Source: Candidatus Kaiserbacteria bacterium
GTDB taxonomy: Bacteria > Patescibacteriota > Minisyncoccia > Phycocordibacterales > UBA2100
NCBI GenBank assembly: GCA_016186765.1
Contig: JACPLD010000005.1
Location: 13,785 to 77,784 of the forward strand
Direction: 5' to 3'
DNA length: 64,000 bases
Below, one piece after another: positions 54,609 to 63,829 of this stretch. The notes beneath the pieces are model-generated. The model saw only the letters and a list, made by a program, of their open reading frames with translations. It was not told the origin of the DNA and searched no databases. The translations under genes and the position numbers were made by a program. Each line of letters starts with the position of its first letter. Positions within the stretch are counted from its first letter, which is position 1.

Positions 54609-55247
54609 TTATGCACCCGTGAAGTACCGAGATACAGCGGAAGGAATCTCGTCCAGTTTCTCGACAACGCAGAACGGTTCGCCTTTCTCAAGCGTCTCAC
54701 GGGAGTGAAAACCCCACGAGACACCGATAGCGCCCACGCCAGCGGCTTTGGCCTCGCGCATGTCACCCAGTGTATCTGTGATAAAGACGCACTCGGACGC
54801 CGCAGTACCATATTTCTCGAAGACCATGTGTACTTTCTCGCGCTTCCCTGTATGCACATCGGCTCCCATCACCTCGGAAAAGTAACGGCCGATGTGATGC
54901 TTCTCCAAAAAGCCCTGTATCGGACTCGTGATAGTTGAGGAGATGATGATGAGAACGTACCCATGCGAAAGTTTCTCAATGACTTCGCGCATGCCGGGAA
55001 AAAGTTGCGCGCGCTCTTCGAAGGCCGGCGTGAATATGCTGAACCAGTCGAGATCGTGACAGCATTCCGGTCCGTGTACACGCGACATAAGAGCCTCATA
55101 CCTTTCCCATGCATTTCCTTCAAACACGCTATGAAAATCATTCTCGGTGAAATAAGGACATAGCTTCTGCGCGGTCTCGAAGCCGACAGAATACGAATCG
55201 GCAATTACGCCATCGAAATCAAAAAGCACAAAATGCCGCTTTCGCAT
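54609..55247 (-). CDS. HAD family hydrolase (phosphoglycolate phosphatase-like)
   Basis: LFDFDGVIADS, ITDTLGDMREA, GVSWGFH. Confidence 0.9.
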   Translation of the reverse strand: MRKRHFVLFDFDGVIADSYSVGFETAQKLCPYFTENDFHSVFEGNAWERYEALMSRVHGPECCHDLDWFSIFTPAFEERAQLFPGMREVIEKLSHGYVLIIISSTITSPIQGFLEKHHIGRYFSEVMGADVHTGKREKVHMVFEKYGTAASECVFITDTLGDMREAKAAGVGAIGVSWGFHSRETLEKGEPFCVVEKLDEIPSAVSRYFTGA

Positions 55248-55256
55248 GCGGCGCAG

Positions 55257-55299
55257 TATACTCCGTGAGATAGGTAAAGCCGCCATCTCGCGGGGTGTA
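55257..55299. repeat. inverted repeat overlapping a -10 box, copy B
   Basis: TATACTCCGTGAGAT-N13-ATCTCGCGGGGTGTA; homologous to 10781-10820. Confidence 0.75.
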
Positions 55300-55306
55300 T
55301 CGTCGC

Positions 55307-55348
55307 AAAAGAGAGGAGAGCCCACACCGCTAAGCGGTATGGACTCTC
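55307..55348 (-). terminator. intrinsic terminator
   Basis: Minus strand GAGAGTCCATACCGC-TTA-GCGGTGTGGGCTCTC then CTCTTTT. Confidence 0.7.
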
Positions 55349-55367
55349 GGGTCACTGCAGGTTGCTG

Positions 55368-55757
55368 TCATCGGAGCGCCAATCCAATAGTCTGGAAGTG
55401 CGCGTAGACGTTGGCCATAACTTCGAGGGCGCGCAATCTCATTACGAGATTTTCGCGATCGACCCTCAAAGCAGGGACGTAGCCATCGCGCAGCAACAAG
55501 ATATTAGCGGCCATCGACCGCATATGATCTGCGTGCCTGGCGAGTGCATACTCGTCGTCTTTGAGCTTGTTTGTTAGCTCTCGGCTGAGAGCATGCGCGG
55601 CGGGTTCCGCGCGATTCGCAAACGACTCGAGTTCCTCGATGCCTTGAGGCCCGAGGATCTCCTGCTTCATCGCTACTTCAAAGCCCGCCGCGAAAGCGAC
55701 CTTCGACAACGCCCTGATGCAGGCATCAAAAGCGGGGTTGTAACTACACATGTCCAT
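55368..55757 (-). CDS. hypothetical protein
   Basis: 129-aa ORF with AGAGGAGG RBS and downstream terminator. Confidence 0.65.
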   Translation of the reverse strand: MDMCSYNPAFDACIRALSKVAFAAGFEVAMKQEILGPQGIEELESFANRAEPAAHALSRELTNKLKDDEYALARHADHMRSMAANILLLRDGYVPALRVDRENLVMRLRALEVMANVYAHFQTIGLALR

Positions 55758-55858
55758 CCTCCTCTTGTGTTAGAGAACAGTGCTACGGGGACGCCGTAGC
55801 GCGTTGACACCCCAATCTGGCAGAATTATACAATCAAATTCTCCAGCTGTAAACCTTG

Positions 55859-55924
55859 AACACCCATGCCAGCTTCTTTAGCTTCACGCATGTCGCCCAA
55901 GGTGTCGGTGATAAAGATGCGCTC
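55859..55924 (-). pseudogene. 22-codon relic of a HAD hydrolase paralog
   Basis: ERIFITDTLGDMREAKEAGMGV versus ECVFITDTLGDMREAKAAGVGA at 54729-54794 (17/22 identical). Confidence 0.75.
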
Positions 55925-56888
55925 AGCTGATCTTCAATCTATTTCCCCCGCCAAAGAGAAGCAAGAGCACGACAGCTGCGAAGTGCGGCAGGTGTCCCGC
56001 GAGCTCTATCGGCCCCAAGACAAAGAGCGGGACCGTGAAGAAGATCGCGAGCACGAGCGCGTTGAGGCGCGTCACGATGCCGAGGATAAAGACGAGACCG
56101 AGAAGCGATTCAACAGCACCCGCCGAGAGCGTGAACAGGTAGTCAGAGTACCACTCGAAGCCGAGAAGCTGCATGAAGTTCCAGTGGTGTTGCGCGAGAA
56201 AGTTGATGCCGAGCTCCGGGCGCAGGATTTTCTCCGAAAAACCGAGAACAAGGAGTGTTGCACCGGTGCCAATGCGCAAGAGCGGCAAAGCGTATTCGTG
56301 GTAGCGTCGTGTGAGGTGCGCGAGCGCACGCCACGGCACGAGGCTAAAGTAATCGCTCCCCATGATGAGGATAAAGAGCGCCGTCGAAAGCACCCACACG
56401 TCCTCGAGCATTGCAACGACACCGGCTACCGGAAAAGAAGCGATCCAAAGCAAAGCGAGGCCCACTGCCGCCACGCGCGCGTAGATGCCCGCGAGAAACG
56501 CAATTCCGATAAGTATTTGGAGGACAACGAGCGTATACGGTATTCCCGATTCAATCGTCAGATTCGGCGAAAAAAGATAGCTGTGCGTTCCCGCGATGAC
56601 AAAGAATGCCCCCGCGATCATCGAGAAGGTGGATGCCGCTCGCGTGTAGGCGTGGTCGCGCCTCGGGTGGAGGAACGAGAGTTGGAACATCCCTCGCCGC
56701 TCGAGATAGATACCGATCGCGACGATAATGGCGGCGACGACCGCCCACACGGTGAGATAGAACGTGGTCGGCTCGCTCGTTTCGTGCAGCGGCAACTCCC
56801 CCTCTGCAAACCATCGTGTGTGCGCGAGCGCAAGCGACGGCGCGAGCAGTGCGAGAACAGCGGGCCGCAATCCAACTCCGATGTGCAT
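55923..56888 (-). CDS. DoxX-family two-domain membrane protein
   Basis: AHTRWF, LLRIGTG...EK...P, ELAGHLP. Confidence 0.8.
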   Translation of the reverse strand: MHIGVGLRPAVLALLAPSLALAHTRWFAEGELPLHETSEPTTFYLTVWAVVAAIIVAIGIYLERRGMFQLSFLHPRRDHAYTRAASTFSMIAGAFFVIAGTHSYLFSPNLTIESGIPYTLVVLQILIGIAFLAGIYARVAAVGLALLWIASFPVAGVVAMLEDVWVLSTALFILIMGSDYFSLVPWRALAHLTRRYHEYALPLLRIGTGATLLVLGFSEKILRPELGINFLAQHHWNFMQLLGFEWYSDYLFTLSAGAVESLLGLVFILGIVTRLNALVLAIFFTVPLFVLGPIELAGHLPHFAAVVLLLLFGGGNRLKIS

Positions 56889-56957
56889 CTACCAATCCTA
56901 CGTCGGATCGAACGAGCCGGTTCAGGTTTTCCACATCAGCGCTCCGCGAGCAACACT

Positions 56958-57332
56958 CTACGCGAGAGCGAGGAGAAACAGTGCTGCGCCAAGCAATGCC
57001 ATGTTCTTGAGGAACATCTGCATGTCCACCATCTTCATGTTCGGGTCATCCACCTTCCAGAAAGCATGCATGATAGGCGTGATGACAACGAGAAACGTAG
57101 CAATAAGGAGAAGCGAGATCGTTGCGTACACGTCGAAGATGACACCGAGTCCTGCGAGGACGATGACGATGCCCGTGACGATCGTCGAGAGCTGCGGCAT
57201 GGGCGCACCCTTCATTTGCGCGTAGGCCGTCATGTCCTTGAGCTTCATAAAATGCATCATGCCGCCAACGACGAAGAAGCCGCCATAAAGAATGCGACCC
57301 ACGAGTTCGAATACCGGTATGAGTTGTTCCAT
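56958..57332 (-). CDS. DoxX family protein
   Basis: GRIL, MHAFW, FLKNMALLG. Confidence 0.9.
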   Translation of the reverse strand: MEQLIPVFELVGRILYGGFFVVGGMMHFMKLKDMTAYAQMKGAPMPQLSTIVTGIVIVLAGLGVIFDVYATISLLLIATFLVVITPIMHAFWKVDDPNMKMVDMQMFLKNMALLGAALFLLALA

Positions 57333-57394
57333 AAAAATGCCAACGAGCAGTCCTGATAATTACCCACCGTATACCTTCTCGCCTAATTAACACG

Positions 57395-57550
57395 CTATCT
57401 GGGAACGGCTTCCTTGATTATCTCGAGATTGCACGACTTGTGCTCCTTGCACCACGCCTCGCAGCGATTGGCAGTCTCTTCCTTGGCATACGCAAAACCG
57501 CACTCCTCACACTGGTAGAGAACTTCCCTATTCTTGATTTTTCTAACCAT
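57395..57550 (-). CDS. 51-aa Cys-rich zinc-finger-like microprotein
   Basis: MVRKIKNREVLYQCEECGFAYAKEETANRCEAWCKEHKSCNLEIIKEAVPR*. Confidence 0.75.
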   Translation of the reverse strand: MVRKIKNREVLYQCEECGFAYAKEETANRCEAWCKEHKSCNLEIIKEAVPR

Positions 57551-57572
57551 ACCAGAAGTCTTTGATCACCAG

Positions 57573-57665
57573 CTATGTCCCGCATCCGCAATCACACGTG
57601 CCATCCTCCTTGTGCTCATGACCGCACATCGTGCACGTGCTTCCGCCTTTGTCTTTATCCTCCAT
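57573..57665 (-). CDS. 30-aa metallothionein-like peptide
   Basis: MEDKDKGGSTCTMCGHEHKEDGTCDCGCGT*. Confidence 0.6.
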   Translation of the reverse strand: MEDKDKGGSTCTMCGHEHKEDGTCDCGCGT

Positions 57666-57697
57666 AAGCAAGATTATTATCCAATAATGGTTCGACC

Positions 57698-58705
57698 TCA
57701 CTTGTAAAGTTCCGTTCCAGGATGCGCGGCGGCCCAGGCAAACCAGAATGAACTGAATGGATTCACGCGCTCCTCCCCTCTTTGCGTCTTCTTGAAGACT
57801 CGCACAACATCGAGTTCCTTGTCGTGACGAAGTACAAACGTCGTTCCTTCGAACGTGTCGATAACCTCTCTCTTCACCTTCACCGCCTCGACGCTATATG
57901 CCTTCGCTTTTCCATTGACAACCAGCCCGAGGACAAGTGCATCATTGGGAAGCTGCATGTCGGCCGGACGCGCGAGCGAGAGCGCGAGGGTTGTGGCTGA
58001 AAAGTAATCACCGTACGGATTCGTTCCATAAAAACGCGCTGCTCCTGTTTCGCGAGAGAGCACCTCACCGCTGGGAAAGTTCTTCTTCCAATCGCCATAC
58101 ATAGCCTGATCCGAAGAGAGCAACGAAAGCTTCGTGCCTGTCATTTCTCCAACAATTGCCTCACCCAAAATTTGAGACCATAGACTATCTGTCCTGCGGT
58201 CATACATCACTAGATTCGAATTCCAAAGCTTTCCTGAAGTGCCAAACTCAACGCGCTCACCGTTGACAATCGGATCAAACACGAATCCGGTGAGACAGAG
58301 CGGACAGAACGTAACGAGTATCCGCTTCCCATTCACCGTGTCGTTGACAATCTCGTGCCAAACCAGGATCTGATAGGGGTAGAACCGATGTACATCTCCA
58401 TCGGAGTACGCGATGCCCGGCTCATCGTCTTTGAGCCAGCTTTCTGCATCTTTGACGGAGACGAATTTCGGATTGTCGATCGAAGGAATGCCATCCTTCG
58501 GCGGACCGCCCGAAACAATTTCCTCCAATGGGACACTATGCTTCAAACCATTGGTGATGCTGACCGCTCTTGTGCTTGTAGCAAAAAGTGACGTCTCACC
58601 CGACGGTTCTTTGAGAACAGATTCATTGCTTATCAGGCGTTGATACATAAGTAGAGATACCGAGGCCAGCGCAAGAACGAGAATGACGAGTGCTGCGCGG
58701 TTCAT
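57698..58705 (-). CDS. DUF3179 domain protein
   Basis: SGGPPKDGIPSI, WHEIVND, TFCPLC, SNLVMYDR, FWFAW. Confidence 0.92.
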   Translation of the reverse strand: MNRAALVILVLALASVSLLMYQRLISNESVLKEPSGETSLFATSTRAVSITNGLKHSVPLEEIVSGGPPKDGIPSIDNPKFVSVKDAESWLKDDEPGIAYSDGDVHRFYPYQILVWHEIVNDTVNGKRILVTFCPLCLTGFVFDPIVNGERVEFGTSGKLWNSNLVMYDRRTDSLWSQILGEAIVGEMTGTKLSLLSSDQAMYGDWKKNFPSGEVLSRETGAARFYGTNPYGDYFSATTLALSLARPADMQLPNDALVLGLVVNGKAKAYSVEAVKVKREVIDTFEGTTFVLRHDKELDVVRVFKKTQRGEERVNPFSSFWFAWAAAHPGTELYK

Positions 58706-58714
58706 AGGGCCCGG

Positions 58715-58963
58715 CTACTTCGCGTGGATATCGAGCCACTTTTGGAGAGCTACTTTGTTGAATCCCACAACGACCTCCTGCCCCAAAAGAATGACGGGTA
58801 CGCCCATTTGCTGAGATTTCTCTATCATTTCTGCGCGTGCAGCTGCATCCTTCGCAACATCTTTTTCTTCATACGAGATGTTGTTCTCTGCGAAAAATTC
58901 CTTCACCTGCTTACAGTACGGACATGTCGGGGTTGTGAAGATGGTGACTTTTTCTTGTTCCAT
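58715..58963 (-). CDS. glutaredoxin-like protein (NrdH/YruB type)
   Basis: TPTCPYC, QMGVPV, VVGF. Confidence 0.92.
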   Translation of the reverse strand: MEQEKVTIFTTPTCPYCKQVKEFFAENNISYEEKDVAKDAAARAEMIEKSQQMGVPVILLGQEVVVGFNKVALQKWLDIHAK

Positions 58964-59000
58964 ATGTTTTAGTTAGTAATAAGCTGATAATCCACTCAAT

Positions 59001-59303
59001 TTATCCACAGATTGCCTTTTCGAGATTGTCCATGAATTTGTCATGCACAAGCCGATAGCAGATTTGCACGCCCATGCGCTCCGAGGTGACGAGCCCCGTG
59101 TCTTTCATCATGCGCAGGTGGTGCGAGACGGTGTTGAGCTGCGCGCCGATACTCTCCGCGATATCGGAGACGCACCCCTCGCCGTACTCGAAGAGAAAGC
59201 AGAAGATCCGTATCCGCGTCTCGTCACCAGCGATCGAGAGGAGCCGAGCTCGCCGAACGAGGTCTGCATCAAGCACGATTTTCCGATACGTTGTTGTAGG
59301 CAT
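59001..59303 (-). CDS. ArsR/SmtB family regulator
   Basis: DETRIRI, CVSDIAE, VSHHLR. Confidence 0.9.
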   Translation of the reverse strand: MPTTTYRKIVLDADLVRRARLLSIAGDETRIRIFCFLFEYGEGCVSDIAESIGAQLNTVSHHLRMMKDTGLVTSERMGVQICYRLVHDKFMDNLEKAICG

Positions 59304-59314
59304 GAACTATTCTT

Positions 59315-59338
59315 ATACTTCAATAATATTAGAAGTAT
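59315..59338. promoter_or_regulatory. candidate ArsR operator
   Basis: ATACTTC-N10-GAAGTAT inverted repeat just upstream of the arsR start. Confidence 0.55.
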
Positions 59339-59405
59339 TAGCTGAACTGGGCATGAAGGTCAAGCCCTGTCCGCGGTTCCAAATGTTTTCTGCTTGCCTG
59401 TCAAC

Positions 59406-60629
59406 CTAATGCCCTCCGCCCATCTCGATCTCACCCTTGAATATCGTCGGGTCCGCTTCACCCTCCACACGGAGAACGCCCCACGCGCCACGATCAAGGC
59501 GCGCGAGAGCGTGATCGACGAGTACATAATTCCCCGGCACTTCGAGACCAAACTCCACAATAGATGCGCCGCCTGCGGGAACGATCGTGCTCTGGACATT
59601 GCGGTGCGGCTCGGAGCCAATTGCCGCCTCGGGATAGACACTATCGAAGATCTCGCCTATCACGTGGAATGAGGAAATGAGATTGACGCCGCCGTTCCCC
59701 ACAAAGAGCCTGACCTTCTCACCGACATTCGCCGACATCTTTCCGCTCAAGCCCCCCGTGCGACCATTAAAGACCACGTACTGGGGTTTTCCGCCCAACA
59801 TGCTCTCTGCATCAAATATCTGGATCCCTTTTTTGCCCAAGTTTCCGGTCGTGTAGAACTCACCCTGCATCACGTAAAATTCTTTATCGACCTTGGGCAA
59901 TCCTTCTGCAGGTTCTACGAGAATGAGACCGTACATTCCGTGGGCCATGTGATTCGCCACGTTTGGATGCGCGCAGTGGTACACGAAGAGACCGGGATTG
60001 AGTGCTTTGAACGTGAGTGTCTTCGATTCGCCGGGCGCAACATTCGTCGCAACCGCTCCCCCGCCGGGGCCGGTTACCGCGTGAAGATCGATCGAGTGAT
60101 GGTGCAGGCTCGTTGGGTCGTTCGTGAGCGTGAGGCGCACCGTGTCCCCCTCGCGCACCCGCAGGAATGGTCCAGGCACCGTGCCATCAAACGTCCAGTA
60201 ATTGAGGTACACGCCCGGTGCCATCTCCGCAATCACTTCTTTCGTCGTAATCTCTATATCAACCGTCGCGGACTCCGTGCGCTCTATGGGCGGCGGCACA
60301 TCTGCCGGATCGTGCGCAATGTCGGAAGGTCGCTCGAAATTCCCGATCTTCCTGAAGAATTGCAAGACGTTCCCAAACGGAAGGACGGGCCCTTCCGCGG
60401 GACCGAACGTTTTGAGGAAGAACGGGTACTCGAATCCGTGCGGAAGCCCCTGCGGAACGTAGAAGAATATAGAGACGCCGAGAAACACGACGAGGAGCGA
60501 AACTGCCATCCATTTCGAATGGAGTTTGCGCAACACAAGGTATATGAAAATGCCCGCGGCAACGTATGCAATGAAGAGACCGAGAGTTTGTACGAAGACG
60601 TACGAGAGAAGCGTAGCTATCCAATCCAT
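59406..60629 (-). CDS. nirK: copper-containing nitrite reductase with N-terminal TM helices
   Basis: HSIDLH, YHCAHPNVANHMAHGM, SSFHVIGE, YVLVDH: type-1 and type-2 Cu ligands and catalytic Asp/His present. Confidence 0.9.
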   Translation of the reverse strand: MDWIATLLSYVFVQTLGLFIAYVAAGIFIYLVLRKLHSKWMAVSLLVVFLGVSIFFYVPQGLPHGFEYPFFLKTFGPAEGPVLPFGNVLQFFRKIGNFERPSDIAHDPADVPPPIERTESATVDIEITTKEVIAEMAPGVYLNYWTFDGTVPGPFLRVREGDTVRLTLTNDPTSLHHHSIDLHAVTGPGGGAVATNVAPGESKTLTFKALNPGLFVYHCAHPNVANHMAHGMYGLILVEPAEGLPKVDKEFYVMQGEFYTTGNLGKKGIQIFDAESMLGGKPQYVVFNGRTGGLSGKMSANVGEKVRLFVGNGGVNLISSFHVIGEIFDSVYPEAAIGSEPHRNVQSTIVPAGGASIVEFGLEVPGNYVLVDHALARLDRGAWGVLRVEGEADPTIFKGEIEMGGGH

Positions 60630-60693
60630 GGCGTTATGTGCATTGTCGCATAGCGCGGCGCCGAGTACAGCCGGCGCCGCGTCAACCTGTTAG

Positions 60694-61116
60694 TTAGTCG
60701 AAGCGAAGTTCGATTTGGTCACCGTCGCGCATGATGTAGTCGCCGTATTCCGTATTCGAGACGCCGTTTACGGTCATCCGCATGTTGGAGCCAAAGGAAC
60801 GCATGTCTTTGCCCCAGATTTCGAAGAATCGGCCGAGCATGACATCTTTTGTGCGGGCTACACCCTGAAATTCGAGGTGAATAATCGGAAGGTCGTCGTG
60901 CGTATGCATCGGCGCATGCACCGCGCCAATGCCGACGTTTTGAGGAATCTCAATTTTTTCTCCTTTGACATATATCTCAAGGCGCGGATGCCAATGTATT
61001 CCCACCCCGACAACATCGGGATCGTTCGGCAATGTACCGCTCGGTTTTGGAAGAATAAAGATGGCCCCAAGAGCTAGAACGACAAGTGCGCCAATTGCAA
61101 TAAAGAATATTTTCAT
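60694..61116 (-). CDS. secreted His-motif hypothetical protein
   Basis: TM anchor, IHWH, MHTHD, IIHLE. Confidence 0.75.
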   Translation of the reverse strand: MKIFFIAIGALVVLALGAIFILPKPSGTLPNDPDVVGVGIHWHPRLEIYVKGEKIEIPQNVGIGAVHAPMHTHDDLPIIHLEFQGVARTKDVMLGRFFEIWGKDMRSFGSNMRMTVNGVSNTEYGDYIMRDGDQIELRFD

Positions 61117-61120
61117 ACGT

Positions 61121-61696
61121 TTAATGATTTACGTGATCACCGGCTCCGCCGCAGCCGTCTGAGAGGTTCCAGACCTCGGTCACTTGTTTGCCGGTGAATC
61201 CATATTTTTGAATGAGTAATTTTCCTAGGCCTCCGTATACGAACCACCGCCAGCACCTGCAGCAGCAGGGACCCTTTTCGTCCGAGTTCTGCATCGCGTA
61301 GTCGTACGCTTTTTGTTCCTCCGCGGTAAGTTCAACGTCGTAGTACGCCTTTAGCTTCTTCGCCAAAGAAGCGTCAATGTCATACGGATCCGGCGGAATT
61401 TCAGGAATGTTCTTGAACTTCTGTAGTCCCGTGACCTGCTCTTCGTACCGATGAGGATCCATCGGAGAGCAGCACGAGCCGATAAGCCGCGCTGAATCCG
61501 ACATATCGTCGATCGAGTCGGCAAACGCGGCAGAACACGATGAGTTGCCGCTTTTACTTAAGACGTCAAACCTGGCTGCAAGAGCCTCATCGGCGATGAA
61601 TGCCAATGGCGCTTTAGATGTTGCGCTGAAGTAGTATGCGCCGCCAATGAAGAGCGCCGACACTACAACAGCGATTTGTAATTGTTTACTGTTCAT
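61121..61696 (-). CDS. secreted Cys-cluster hypothetical protein
   Basis: GSCCSP, GPCCCRCWRW, DGCGG. Confidence 0.8.
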   Translation of the reverse strand: MNSKQLQIAVVVSALFIGGAYYFSATSKAPLAFIADEALAARFDVLSKSGNSSCSAAFADSIDDMSDSARLIGSCCSPMDPHRYEEQVTGLQKFKNIPEIPPDPYDIDASLAKKLKAYYDVELTAEEQKAYDYAMQNSDEKGPCCCRCWRWFVYGGLGKLLIQKYGFTGKQVTEVWNLSDGCGGAGDHVNH

Positions 61697-61705
61697 GAGA
61701 TCGAT

Positions 61706-62254
61706 TTAGTTTTTGCACACAAGAGGATTAGTAATTTGTTTCGCGAGAAGGACAATAGAAATGGCGAGTAACACAACCCCGAGTATCCCGAATTCCCCGC
61801 CTCTGAGCGGCAGAAGGAAGAGTGCTCCCGCTGCTCCGAAACTGGAAAGAATACTTGTAAGTAGGAACGATCCGCACGCAGCGCATCCGATTCCGAAGAT
61901 GCCGCTTGTCATTCCTGCGAATCCCGCGGTCATCATGGTGCCCTTCGCCGCTCCGATTCTTCGCTTCCAATAGTAGATCATCATCGCCACGTTCACGCCG
62001 AAGAGAATCGGTATCGCAATCGTGTACAGAGCCGAGAGCACACTGAAGTTGGTGCTAATGGAGGTGAGAAGCGTTAGGGGCAGCGAGATCTTTTGAGATA
62101 CACTCGCGGCAGGATCCCCAATGATCTGCGCGATGAGCCCGAGATTCGGCATCCAGACGGTCATGGCGAAGGCGATGAGCGCAATAAGAATCGCGACGAG
62201 TACGTACGCAGGTCTTCGGAACACGATTGTGAGCGCACGTACGATCATACTCAT
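61706..62254 (-). CDS. membrane protein with GCAAC motif
   Basis: 4 TM helices, FGIGCAACGS. Confidence 0.8.
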   Translation of the reverse strand: MSMIVRALTIVFRRPAYVLVAILIALIAFAMTVWMPNLGLIAQIIGDPAASVSQKISLPLTLLTSISTNFSVLSALYTIAIPILFGVNVAMMIYYWKRRIGAAKGTMMTAGFAGMTSGIFGIGCAACGSFLLTSILSSFGAAGALFLLPLRGGEFGILGVVLLAISIVLLAKQITNPLVCKN

Positions 62255-62985
62255 TTCTCTTGCAACGCAAGTTCAAGGAGCTGCTTAACGGCCTCATACG
62301 GCTGCGCGCCCGAGAGCGGATACTTCTTTCCGCTCTTTGCAATGACTATACTCCACGGCGTACCGTTGCCGCCTGTCGAAAGCGCGTTCTGATAATCCTC
62401 CTCAACATGCGCGGCGTATTTTCCGCTCGAAAGGCAAGAATTGAAGTTTGCGACGTCGAGACCAACATACTGCGCGATCTTCGGAAGCTCTGCGGGATCG
62501 AGATTGTTGTTTGATGGAGTGACTTCAAACAGCCGGTCCACATACGCCCAAAACGCATCGTTCCCGCCGAGCTCCGCGGCGCACTCGGTTGCCTCGGCTT
62601 CCTTGTCCGCCTTCGGATGAATGTTGTCGAGTGGAAAATGGCGATATACCCATGCTGCTTTTCCGCTCGCACCGTATTCGTCCATAACCCGCTGCATCGT
62701 CGGGTGGAAGCTCTTGCAGAAGGGACACTCGGTATCTGAATACTCTATGATTTTCACCGGTGCGTCTGGATTACCACGAATATGATCATCGCTCGAGATC
62801 GCCCGCATCTCTTCGAGGTTTCCAGCCTCTGCCGCAGGCGGTTGCGTACCATCCGCAATCCCGCTTCCACGGTTACCAAAGTACACGGCTCCCGCAATTA
62901 GCGCTCCCGCAACGACGATTGCGACTGGAATCGATAGATTGGTGTTTCTCCATCCGGTCTCTGCACGTTCAGGACTACTCTCCAT
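62251..62985 (-). CDS. DsbA family thiol-disulfide oxidoreductase
   Basis: EYSDTECPFC, RHFPL, GTP, GAQPY. Confidence 0.93.
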   Translation of the reverse strand: MESSPERAETGWRNTNLSIPVAIVVAGALIAGAVYFGNRGSGIADGTQPPAAEAGNLEEMRAISSDDHIRGNPDAPVKIIEYSDTECPFCKSFHPTMQRVMDEYGASGKAAWVYRHFPLDNIHPKADKEAEATECAAELGGNDAFWAYVDRLFEVTPSNNNLDPAELPKIAQYVGLDVANFNSCLSSGKYAAHVEEDYQNALSTGGNGTPWSIVIAKSGKKYPLSGAQPYEAVKQLLELALQEK

Positions 62986-63367
62986 ACCAGTCCCTCTGCC
63001 AGTTTTTCATTTGCTCGATCTCGCGCGTCTGCGCCGAGATGATATCTTCTGCCATTTGCTTTATCTCGTCGTGCTTTGCGCTTTCGAGCGCGGCGCGTGC
63101 CATGTCGACAGCTCCCTCATGATGAACGATCATCTCTGCGATGAACGCGCGATCGAACTCATCGCCCGAAAGCCCTTCGAGATTTTCCGTCATGCCATGC
63201 ATTGCCTCTTCCATCTCCATTGAGCCGCCGCGCATCATGCCACCGAGGCCCATCATGTTCATCATTCCCCCGCCAAAGCCGCTTCCTCCCAGCGCGAGCC
63301 CGATGACAAGCCCGATGAGAAGCGTGAGGAGTCCGATAATGAGAGTATTGTTGTTCACGTTGTCCAT
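62975..63367 (-). CDS. DUF305 (CopM-like) Met-rich protein
   Basis: FDRAFIAEMIVHHEGAVDMA, AQTREIEQM. Confidence 0.9.
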   Translation of the reverse strand: MDNVNNNTLIIGLLTLLIGLVIGLALGGSGFGGGMMNMMGLGGMMRGGSMEMEEAMHGMTENLEGLSGDEFDRAFIAEMIVHHEGAVDMARAALESAKHDEIKQMAEDIISAQTREIEQMKNWQRDWYGE

Positions 63368-63420
63368 AGTCGTTGTTGTTACGAACCTGCTAACGGGCAA
63401 AAATGCCTGAGGTCAAACGA

Positions 63421-63786
63421 TTACGGAGCCCTGCGATGAAGAATACCGCCCGAGAAAAGCTCCTGCATGAGCGTCGGTCGCTCGGGTGTACGCCTGCGCA
63501 GTCGTATGCGCTCGAAGCTTCGCTCCGGGAGCGAATGCAGATCCCACACGCGCGAAAAGGCTAGCGCAAGCGCAGCGAGCACGAGCAACTCCGCGAGAAT
63601 GCTCGAAAAGGCGATTTGCCAATGATTCAAGTGCTCGAGAATGGAGCTCGCGCAGAGCGCCGTTTGACCGAGCATAAAAGGACAGCCCATCTCGGTATGC
63701 ATTGGGCCCATGAGTGCGAATGCTCCAAAGAGAGCCACGAGCACAAACAGCGTCAGTGCGAGAAGTGCATATGCGCGGAGCTCCAT
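63421..63786 (-). CDS. membrane hypothetical protein
   Basis: GCPFM...C...LEHLNHWQ...FSGGILH; TAGACT 6 nt upstream. Confidence 0.7.
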   Translation of the reverse strand: MELRAYALLALTLFVLVALFGAFALMGPMHTEMGCPFMLGQTALCASSILEHLNHWQIAFSSILAELLVLAALALAFSRVWDLHSLPERSFERIRLRRRTPERPTLMQELFSGGILHRRAP

Positions 63787-63829
63787 ATGCGCAGTCTATC
63801 ATCTCCGCTCGCGCCGCCACAATGCCGCA

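Noticed and set aside
60654-60681. GC-rich 10-bp hairpin upstream of nirK
   Set aside because: Single copy with no U tract; no function can be supported.
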